Of a stretch of DNA of 64,000 nt, positions 1 through 8,512 are shown in pieces. Source of the stretch: Eutreptiella sp. 'Long Island Sound 2002' (Eukaryota > Protista > Euglenida); contig OZ038378.1 of the NCBI GenBank assembly GCA_964036045.1, positions 158,906,001 to 158,970,000 of the forward strand, written 5' to 3'. Every line of letters begins with the position of its first letter. Within the stretch, counting starts at the first letter, position 1. The translations under genes were made by a program, and so were the position numbers. A model generated the notes under the pieces. The model was given only the letters and a program-made list of their open reading frames with translations, made no database searches and was not told the DNA's origin.

Positions 1-240
1 AGAAGCAATTTCTGGCTTGTGGACCAGCGGTTCCGGACGAAATCGAGCGGTTGAAAAACGGTTGGAGCGGTTGGGCTGGACGGAGCCGGTTGGGGCGGGG
101 CGGACCCTCCGCGGCAAAGGGAGGGCCCCCTTCAAACGCATGCCTGGCCCTTCCCAACGGGGTTAGCACCAAATGCCATCGAATGAAGGGGGGTGGCGTG
201 TGTTGCGCCTGCATGGCACAGGGCTGCGCTGGGGCTGCGC

Positions 241-1266
241 CACGGGGGGCGCTCCTGGTCGGGACCCGACCCCAAAGGGGGGGGGGAACCCCCCCCCCCC
301 CTCTACGGACCCCAAAATTGTCGCATGGAACAATGTGCTTTGTCGGCGCCGGAGGCGCCGGAGATTTTGTTTTAGGCATACGGCAGGGGGAATTTTTTTT
401 GTTCGGCCCTATGTGTCTCTACTCAAAATACTCAGAATTCCGTGGAGAATTCAAAAATGGCTAAAAAGCACAATGTAGCCACCTTGCCCACTTGTGGGCC
501 ACTTCTGATTTTGTCCCCCGCTTTGAAGCGGTGGGGCTCCCCGAGGCGGCAGGGGTTATGTAGCCACATTGCCCACAAGTGGGCCACTTCTGATTCTGTC
601 CCCCGCTTTGAAGCGGAGGGGCTCCCCGAGACGGCAGGGGTTATGTAGCCACCTTGCCCACTTTGTGGGCCACTTCTGATTCTGCCCCCCGCTCTGAAGC
701 GGAGGGGCTCCCCAAGGCGGCAGGGGTTATGTAGCCACATTGCCCACAAGTGGGCCACTTCTGATTTAGTCCCCAGATTTGAAGCGGAGGGGCTCCCCGA
801 GACGGCAGGGGTTATGTAGCCACCTTGCCCACAAGTGGGCCACTTTTGATTTAGTCCCCCGCTTCGAAGCGGAGGGGCTCCAAGAGTACCGGCAAGAGGG
901 CACGCGACGAGTGGGAGGATGATTCCGATGCTTGAGGCCCCTCCCCTCTCTTCGCTTCTCTATATATATGTCTGTGGCTCCCTTCGCTTCTCTATATCTA
1001 TGTCTGTGGTTTGTGACAAGGGGAAGGGAAGGCCTTTGGGCGAACTCAAGGCAACATTCAGTACTGCTATGAAGTGCTATGCAGTGCAGCAACACAATCA
1101 ACAGTCACAGTGCGTCTTGTTAGCTTTGTGTATTTGCGCGCTTGGACGGAGCCTGACGGAAAAGGTGCTGGGTTTGTGTCAACGAAGGCCCCCCCCCCCC
1201 CCTACAGCCCCCCAAACTGTCGAACACCCCTCGGGGTCACACATTGGCTGGCGGCCGCCCCCCGTG
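241..1266. mobile_element. Non-autonomous DNA transposon (MITE-1) with 8-bp TSD, carrying an 85-bp satellite
   Basis: Perfect 11-bp TIR CACGGGGGGCG (241-251) / CGCCCCCCGTG (1256-1266). Identical 8-bp flanks GGCTGCGC at 233-240 and 1267-1274. Hairpin GGCGCCGGAGGCGCC at 345-359. Confidence 0.85.
473..881 (+). repeat. 85-bp tandem satellite, about 4.8 units, rich in short palindromes
   Basis: ATGTAGCC recurs at 473, 558, 643, 729 and 814 (period 85-86). Units contain GCCCACAAGTGGGC and CGCTTTGAAGCG hairpins. Confidence 0.9.
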
Positions 1267-1378
1267 GGCTGCGCCGGGCGCTGGAGTGGAGGGGGGCCAG
1301 GGTTGCGGTGCATGGGGGATGTGCGCCCTGTAAGGTGGGTGGAGCAAAGGCCCACGGCGTGCCCCCGATCCAATGGCA

Positions 1379-1468
1379 ATCCCCTGTTTGTCTTGCCCCC
1401 CTTTTCGTTTACGAACAGGGGATCACTATTTCTGTGTGTGTGCAAATTTGTTGAAAATTTATTGTGTT
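1379..1468 (+). repeat. Split direct repeat A1
   Basis: Matches 6965-7054 at 89 of 90 positions. Confidence 0.95.
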
Positions 1469-1481
1469 TTTGTGAAGCAGC

Positions 1482-2190
1482 ATGCAGGTCTTCCGCTCCC
1501 CGTTTAAGAGTGCGTCGTCTAAGGCCCCAGACCAAGGAGCTTCGGGCTCTGGGGCGGACGCGTCGGCGCAGGACACCAGCCAGATGTCGCCTGAGGAGCT
1601 GCGCGCGTTGCTGCAGTGCCAGCAAGAGGCGATCGGACATCTACAAGCACGGTTGGAGAGCCTGGCCGTCGCGGAGAGAAATACGGTGCCGGACTTGACC
1701 GCAGAGGCAGTGGAGCAGATGCTGGGTGGCGACAAAGTGGCCAGCTGGATGCGCCAGTCAGGCGAGGCGCTGCGGGACTACGTTAGAAGCGCAAGTGCTG
1801 CACCGGTCAGGCCATCCGACGTGATGGGCAATGCGATGGAGTGCCCGAGGGGCGACAGGCTGGCCTACAGGATTTGGGGTATCATCCTCGACTCCCAGCA
1901 GGCGTACGCCCTGAGGTTCACGTCGGAATCCAGCAGTCGGGCGGACCCGTCCAACCCGCTGGATGCAATGAGCTGGCCAGATGCGGTCAAAAACGGAGGA
2001 CCCTCCTTTAAGTATAAGGGCATCGACTTCGCTATGCGACAAGGCGTCCTTCATTGGATGACGAAGAAAGGAAGGTGGGTACCAATATCAGCCCGCCCGT
2101 CTGGTGACTGACTGCCAGAGATGCGCAAAAGAGGGCGTCCCATCGGAGCAGTTGAGGCACTGGCATTTCCAATGTCCCCAGTGGTCCTGA
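1482..2190 (+). pseudogene. gag-like ORF1, truncated at 2111 by a 4-bp TGAC duplication; restored C-terminus has a CCHC-like knuckle
   Basis: ORF 1482-2111 is the first ORF after A1. Removing one TGAC of TGACTGAC (2105-2112) extends it through DCQRCAKEGVPSEQLRHWHFQCPQWS to TGA 2188-2190. Confidence 0.65.
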
Positions 2191-3901
2191 CGGGACTGTC
2201 GCCACTGCGACAGGGCGGGGTGGGGATGGCCGTGTTGGTGTGAAGATTCCAGACCCGCGTGTCCAATCCCCACCCGGGAGGCCTTACTTGCTGCCAGAGC
2301 GACTTTCAACGAGGCGGCAGCGGGTTGGGCAATGGCGATGGCGGCTGTTGGATCATTTAGGGTGGCGGCCGTGGGCGTTCGTGGCTGGGCCCCAAAGACG
2401 CAAGCCAGGTACCGTTCCGCCCTGTCCGCGGTGGCAAAGTATGAGGGAACCAGGGCTTTGCGGACGCCGCTTACTGACACGCTGTCTGACTTCTTGGCGT
2501 CAAGGATCTCCATGGGGCAAGCCAGATCCACCCTCAGGGGTTATGTGTCCGCAACTCGGGCGGCGGAAGATATCAAGCTGCTCCCGGGCTGTGTTCAGGC
2601 CATCCACTGGAGACTTGCAAAGTCTGGAAAGCCGACACCAGGGCAGCCATACCTGGGACCGGAGGGTCTATACCTCCTGTGGACCAGAGCGGCCTCGCCG
2701 GTTGAGCAGGCAGTGGCAGCGTTGGCGAGCCTCAGTTGGCTCCTCTTCTTGCGAGTCTCTGAAGCGGTGTCCATCACGCCAGCGGGACTGGAAAGCGATT
2801 CCGTGGTCCTGTTCGTCACTACCAAAGTTGGCGGTCACAGGGAGGTGCGGCGACCACTTTATGAGGGGACGTTCGTGGGTCCGATTCCTTAGATCCTACG
2901 CCGCGGCAAGCTGCATCCCGGAGGGTCAACCGTTGGTTAGGGGAGGGGTTGAGGCAGTGGAGAGGATCTTCGCAGACCTCCTCCGTGATTCCCCGTATAG
3001 TGGCCATCGGTGGCATTCCCCGCGGCGGGGGGGCGCTGCGGCCGCCTTCCACCGTTCTCCAAATGTGGCCTATTTCATTTGGTGGGGGAGGTGGAAGCGG
3101 CTGGCCACGGCGTTGGAGTACGCTCTGGGCTACTCTGACCCTGCGGTGGTTGGGGCTTTGGTGCTTCCATGGCCTGTTGGTGGCCAGGCTCCTGGTGAGC
3201 GTTTGGCTGTGCTGCGGGCCGACCTGTGGGGTGACCCCATGTATGCTAATCCCGACAGGAAGTCCGCGAAGGCGTCGCTGGAGATCGCTGCCCTGGTGCC
3301 TGCGGGGCCTGTGGTATCTCTTCCTGATATGGATGTGGCGCTCCATCGGGGGGAAGTGGACGACGTGGGGTCTGATTCAGATTCTTCGTCCGTCCCCTCG
3401 GAGTCTTCAGCCTCCGCCGTGTCCACAGCAAGTGCCTGTGGCTCCCCCGCGAGGCCCACACCGCCCGATGGTCCGGGGGAACGCCCTCCACAATTCACGC
3501 CGGGAACCGGACCTCAGGTCGTCGGGAGCGGCAAGAGGAGGCTGCGATCTAAGGGAGCCGGCAAGACACCGAGAATTGGCGCAGCAGAGGTCGACGGCGC
3601 TGGTACACCGAGGCCCAAGCGGCGAGTCATTGGTCTGGGCGGTTCCTATCTGTCCAGCGGCATCATGCGACGAGCGCGAAGGTGGGCCTGGGTAATGCAA
3701 AAGCCAGACGACCTGCCTCCAAGAGGAGGCATCCTGATGGGCCTCCAGTCGGGCCTGCCAGCAAAGTGGCTGTGCGTTCCCCGCAGGGGTGTCAGGGCCA
3801 GGGCGGCAGTGCAGCGACAGGCAAGCGCGCGGGGGGGGGGGGGGGTCGCCTGGAAATTCGCCCCCCGTGGGGGCGATCCGCGAAACCCCATCTGCCTGTG
3901 A
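2191..3901 (+). pseudogene. Tyrosine recombinase (SAM-like N-domain plus catalytic domain), one frameshift near 2865-2870, long low-complexity C-terminal tail
   Basis: Frame of ORF 2332-2892 gives KTQARYRSAL...STLRGYVSA, FLRVSEA (catalytic R) and TTKVGG (K). Frame of ORF 2240-3901 gives WHSPRRGGA (HxxR), GRW and ALEYA (Tyr). All YR motifs are present in order across the two frames. Confidence 0.85.
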
Positions 3902-5870
3902 CGAGTCTGTTGGTGGCCCAGTGCTGAGTTCAGCGCAGGGATCGCTGCAGGTTATCACATTGGCGGATGGGGGGCCCCGCCCTCTGACTAGGGCAGACCT
4001 GTTGTATGTACGTTCGGAACCAGTTCCGTTATTTGTCCAGTTTTTGCAAGCTTTCTTTACCTTCCTGCCGTGGCTTCACCGGGCACTATCTTGCGGGGTT
4101 CTGTTACTCATGAAACAACTCCATTTGTTTGTGCTTCGCTTGTTTGTGACGTGTGAGGACTACCGTTTGCGGTCAGCGCCGGATGTAACTTTTAACGCAC
4201 TGTCAGAGTTTACCGCTGAGTCTTGGCAGGCTCTTTTGCATTTGTCTACGTCGCCGGTGCCGCAGGTGGGCAAGGTGGACCCACAGCTGGTGGAGAGGGG
4301 TTTGGGGGCGGTGGGTAGCTACACGATTTCCGATGATCTGTGGTGTGAGTTGGCCCCCCCTAATTTTGAGGCGTCTGTGTCGGATTTTCACTTGGAGAGA
4401 GAAAGTCACTCGTCTAATAGGGAGGCTTTGGTGCGGCCCATGGTTAAATGGTTGTTGCGTGAGGAGATAGTTACCATTATGGATGAAAATTGCCCCTTGA
4501 GGGCGACCTGCTGGCCGTTTGTGATCCCGAAGTCCACAGAGAAAGTGTCCCTTATCTTTAATCTCGTTGAGTTCAATGAGAGCTTGCATAAGCCGTTGTC
4601 TTTCTCACTGGATGGTTGGGAACAAATCTCCAAGAAATTGGCGGATTGGCCGGCCGATAGGCCGTTGTTTTGTACACACGTGGATCTTAAAAACGCTTTT
4701 TGGAGTTTTAAGTTGCCAAGACGGCACGAGAGGGCCTTTCGTTTCCGGATGCGTTGGGAAGGTGTGGAGAGAGTGTTTTGTATGTCGCGGATGCCGTTTG
4801 GTTGGAAACATTCCCCGTTGTTCTGTCAGACGGCGTTGGGAAGGATAGTGCGGCCCTTGATCCCGGAGGGATACACCCTCTTCCATTATTTGGATGATTT
4901 CTTGATTTTGGGGCCACATCCTGCGCGTTTGCGTGTTGTGACTGCTCGCGTGGTCAGGGCGCTAGAGGAGGCTGGTTTTATTGTGTCGGGAAAGAGTACG
5001 TTGGAGCCGGTTACGGACATATTTTTCCTAGGGAAGTACATCAATTTAGGAGTGCGCACGATCCGTTCACATCCGCGGGCCTTCCTCCAGATGTTCAACA
5101 TTTGGCTCAGGCTGGCCACGAGGTCCAGACCTTCTTCCCGGTTACTCTCCAAGGCATTGGGCTTCATCCATTGGCACTTTAGACCCCGTCTGGGGGGGGG
5201 GCCACTGCTCGCGGGGAGCTATTGTTGTGATCGGTGGGGGGGGTTTGAGAGACCCACGCCACTGAAGGTACTGCATGGACTGTGTACCGCGATCGTCCGT
5301 TGTATGGAAACTTGGGAACCTCCGGCACCGGCACGCCTTGCTGTGTTTCATGCATTATCTGCTACGCCCGATTTGTGGGCTGTTCGCCACTGTGTGATGT
5401 TTGGGGATGCTGCTTTGGATACCATTCGATATAGGGGAGGGGCGTTCATCCCGCGATTGTCAGGTGTCCGTTCCCAGGTGATCCCCCCTGCACGTCACAC
5501 ACAGCAGAGCGCTGAGCTTTGGGTCTTGGTGTGGTTGGTGAGGTTGGCGGTCAGGCTGGGGTGGAATTATGTTGTGCTGGTCACGGACTCTCAGGTATCC
5601 GCGTGCCAGTTGGTGGCCCTGCGGGCATCCACGTGGCTGTCAAGGCAGCAGAGGCTACTGAGGGCCCTGGTTCTGAGGTTGCTGCAGTCTGGTTTGATTG
5701 TGGAGGTCCGGCTGGTACCGGGCGTGTTACAACCGGCTGACCCGCCGAGTAGGTTGGATTCCAATTTCCAGTCTAATGTGCAGCGGGCGTGTATCCGTGC
5801 ATTTCAACTCTGGCGGGTGTTGCTGAAGCACCCCTGCGAGGTGGTACCGGTGGGAGGGTTGGTCTTGTGA
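3789..5870 (+). CDS. Reverse transcriptase - RNase H, intact 693-codon frame
   Basis: RT motifs HVDLKNAFWSF, MPFGWKHSPLFCQ and FHYLDDFLILG. RNase H acidic residues in MFGDAA, QSAELW, VTDSQ and QPADPPSR. No ATG at the ORF start. Confidence 0.92.
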   Translation: MSGPGRQCSDRQARGGGGGSPGNSPPVGAIRETPSACDESVGGPVLSSAQGSLQVITLADGGPRPLTRADLLYVRSEPVPLFVQFLQAFFTFLPWLHRALSCGVLLLMKQLHLFVLRLFVTCEDYRLRSAPDVTFNALSEFTAESWQALLHLSTSPVPQVGKVDPQLVERGLGAVGSYTISDDLWCELAPPNFEASVSDFHLERESHSSNREALVRPMVKWLLREEIVTIMDENCPLRATCWPFVIPKSTEKVSLIFNLVEFNESLHKPLSFSLDGWEQISKKLADWPADRPLFCTHVDLKNAFWSFKLPRRHERAFRFRMRWEGVERVFCMSRMPFGWKHSPLFCQTALGRIVRPLIPEGYTLFHYLDDFLILGPHPARLRVVTARVVRALEEAGFIVSGKSTLEPVTDIFFLGKYINLGVRTIRSHPRAFLQMFNIWLRLATRSRPSSRLLSKALGFIHWHFRPRLGGGPLLAGSYCCDRWGGFERPTPLKVLHGLCTAIVRCMETWEPPAPARLAVFHALSATPDLWAVRHCVMFGDAALDTIRYRGGAFIPRLSGVRSQVIPPARHTQQSAELWVLVWLVRLAVRLGWNYVVLVTDSQVSACQLVALRASTWLSRQQRLLRALVLRLLQSGLIVEVRLVPGVLQPADPPSRLDSNFQSNVQRACIRAFQLWRVLLKHPCEVVPVGGLVL

Positions 5871-5936
5871 GGTGTTCTCTGTTAGTTTTGTGGAAACACA
5901 TGGTTCGCCATTTTCGCGGTGCTCAGCGCTTTTACC

Positions 5937-6419
5937 ATGCCTAAACGTGGGAAACGCCGCCGCCGCAGGCGTGGGAAATTTCGTCACCGCCGGTCGGTGG
6001 AGGCGCTGCAGCGCAGGCGGGAACGTGCGCAGCAGCACCTCAGGGTTGTGCTGGAGAGGCGCCTTGCCTGGCGACCGGTGAAGCGGATCTGGCTTGGTCT
6101 GGCTGCTAGGCTGGTCTTCATGCGGCCTTGCTCGAAGGAGGATGCTCCGGGGGTGCTGCAGTTGGCGGCGCAGGACCTGGCAGGCCGTCTGCGTGGTGTT
6201 GCGGAGCGGCAGACGACCCCGTCCGGTGATGCGAATGTTAAGGGAGTAGGCGGGAACCATCTGTGCCGCCATCGTTGGATTGTGAGGGTTGGGGGTAGTA
6301 AGCTGTACCTTAGTCTGTCGTCGCACACGAAGGCTGGGGGCCAGCGTCTACCCTATATATGGGTCCAAGGGAAGCAGGTGTTAGTACGGCGCGTGTGCTT
6401 CATGTTCCGTGCTTTGTGA
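5937..6419 (+). CDS. Accessory ORF4 of the retroelement, Arg-rich N-terminus, unknown function
   Basis: ATG 5937, 66 bp after the RT stop; MPKRGKRRRRRRGKFRHRR...; 160 aa; lies inside the repeats. Confidence 0.5.
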   Translation: MPKRGKRRRRRRGKFRHRRSVEALQRRRERAQQHLRVVLERRLAWRPVKRIWLGLAARLVFMRPCSKEDAPGVLQLAAQDLAGRLRGVAERQTTPSGDANVKGVGGNHLCRHRWIVRVGGSKLYLSLSSHTKAGGQRLPYIWVQGKQVLVRRVCFMFRAL

Positions 6420-6946
6420 GCGCCCGCCGTTCTGAATGCGGGGTCTGGAGTATGGGGCCTGTGCATGTTGGCACTGTACCCTGTGGATGGCGCCGGCGCC
6501 GTGGCTGTTTGTCTGCGGGCACCTGGCGCTGCCCCCCTGTGGATTCGGGCGCGATGGCTGCGGCCCAACGCCTACCCTATATGTGGGTCCAAGGGGCGCA
6601 CGGGTTTGCTGCAATGCATGTGCTACTTCCCTGTGCGTTGGGGACGCCGGCCGGTCTGGTTTATGGCTATGAGTAGGATCAGGGTGTGTACTGGTGCGGT
6701 GCGGTCGTGCAGTGATACGGGCCGCTGACGTGAAGGCATGGGTGCGAATTTTGACAGATGGGACTACAGCACACTGAACTCGCACGCTGGGGTTCACGCC
6801 GGCGCTGTGGCTGATTGGCTGCGGGCGCTGGGCACTGACCCAGTTTTGGGTTTGTATTGTCTGTAAGTTCCGGCTTGGTGAGTGTGTTTGGTCTATGCAT
6901 GGGAACAAGGATGAGGGGTACCAGAGGTGAATTGTTGAATTGTCTT

Positions 6947-7054
6947 GGTGCTTTGTCCTTTGTGATCCCCTGTTTGTCTTGCCCCCCTTTTCGTTTACGA
7001 ACAGGGGATCACTATTTCTGTGTGTGTGCAGATTTGTTGAAAATTTATTGTGTT
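6947..7054 (+). repeat. Internal B1-A2 junction of the split direct repeats
   Basis: B1 GGTGCTTTGTCCTTTGTGATCCC overlaps A2 at ATCCC. Perfect 13-bp stem 6962-6974 / 7000-7012. Confidence 0.9.
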
Positions 7055-7374
7055 CCCACCACCCGCCCCCGCACCCGCCCCCTCACTGTGTTCGGCGGTG
7101 CATGGAGAGTCTGGGGTTATATTGATGTTAGGTTGTCAATGCTTGCGGTATATTTCTGTCAGTTGTTATATTTTTGTGGCTTAGGCCTGCTCAAGTGCTG
7201 CTTCACGTGTTTGGATCGCCGGTGTGTGTACGTGCGTGGTTGTGTCCCATAGACCCGGCGGGGTCTTTTGGAGAGCGCACACTAAGGCCTGTGGCGCTAT
7301 GGGCGAGTACAGCTCTGGTACTCTTGCAGGCGATGAAGTCGCCCGCAGCACTCTGACTGGTTTGTTCGGCCAGA

Positions 7375-7397
7375 GGTGCTTTGTCCTTTGTGATCCC
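7375..7397 (+). repeat. Split direct repeat B2 (right end of the element)
   Basis: Exact 23-bp copy of 6947-6969. Confidence 0.85.
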
Positions 7398-8512
7398 AAT
7401 GCGCTGCGGAGTGTGTGGAGGGGTCGAGGAGGGGAGGTGCCGGCACTCTTCGCGCGAGGGACCTGCCCCTTCGGGTGTGCTATGAAGTACTTCGATGCCA
7501 TTCTGTCGGTTTGGACAGCAGACGGTCATCGCCGCGGAGTGTGAATGGTGAATATGAATTTGAACCAGACGGCGTTTGTTTGGTCGCGCAGAGTTTAGGG
7601 ACCCGATGTCGCGGTGGGGGGCCGCCTGCCCATTGGAAAACCGCCGCCGGCAGATGGCGTTCCAAATGTCCTGAAACAAAACGTCATCTCCCCTCTTTGG
7701 GTATGGCACGTCGTTGCGCACGGAGCACGGCCACGCGGAGCGCACGTCTTCGCCTCCGCCGTGTTCCGCATCGGTGTCCAGGGCACATCCCCAAATCCCC
7801 CGGTGGCCTGCTGCAGCCATGGCAAAGAATACCGGACGCGGCATCGCGTGCCATTTTCTGTTTTGGGAAGAGGAGGCAGGAGGCGTGCAGGTCTCTGAAT
7901 GGTCCTGTCTGGACCTCCGCGAAGGGGGTTGCTAGTGCCACAAGTGCAATGTTGTGGTTCGAACAAAGGCGATGCAGCGCCCTGTGTGGGTTGTCAGGTG
8001 CCCCGTACGGTCAAAACTGGCCTTGACGCACCTGCAGCGGCTTTATGGAGCCCAGCAATAGGGGCGCGTCCCAGCGACCGCTGTCAGGCTCGGGCCGTTC
8101 CTTAGTGCCCCCCCCCCCCCCCCCACCAAGGTCCAGGCAACTGGAGCCAATGCGTGGTGGCATATCTGACCAATTGCAGCCCAAAGGTCGGCCAGAGGCC
8201 CCCCAAAAGCTTGTGTACGTAGAATCGACACTTGATTTCGGGCCCCTTTAATTTTTTTTTACTTTTTCTTCCTGAGGAGCGTTTTTCTGATGTGGTCGGT
8301 CGGCTGGGGCTGGATAGGGCCTCAAGTGACCCCCTTCCCCTCTTGGGGGCCGAGGCATGGGGGGTGGGGCTTCAGCAATGGCCTGATTGGGCTTCCGACT
8401 GGGTCGCCAACACTGGAGTTCGGCTGCAATTTCTTGCCGTCAGCCAATGTCTTTGGGGGCCGGGCCCATGTTCCAGACCCGCCATGCAGACCACTGGTCT
8501 TCATTTCCGTAG

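Larger units (their letters stand above)
1379..7397 (+). mobile_element. Tyrosine-recombinase retrotransposon (DIRS order, VIPER/TATE-like gene order) with split direct repeats
   Basis: A1 1379-1468 = A2 6965-7054 (90 bp, 1 mismatch). B1 6947-6969 = B2 7375-7397 (23 bp). B1 abuts A2 through a shared ATCCC, which also forms both junctions. YR lies upstream of RT/RNaseH. Confidence 0.9.

Noticed and set aside
473-881. Palindromic regularly spaced repeats resembling a CRISPR array
   Set aside because: The whole 85-bp unit repeats with no unique spacers, there are no cas genes, and the context is eukaryotic.
3859-3869. CGCCCCCCGTG, identical to the MITE-1 right end, inside the retroelement
   Set aside because: No partner TIR or TSD; it lies in the coding overlap and is probably chance in GC-rich DNA.
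1074-8026. ORFs 1074-1454 and 7415-8026 join in frame when the retroelement is removed
   Set aside because: The 5' part lies within MITE-1, a second frame is also open across the junction, the peptide is not protein-like, and a frame match has a 1-in-3 chance.
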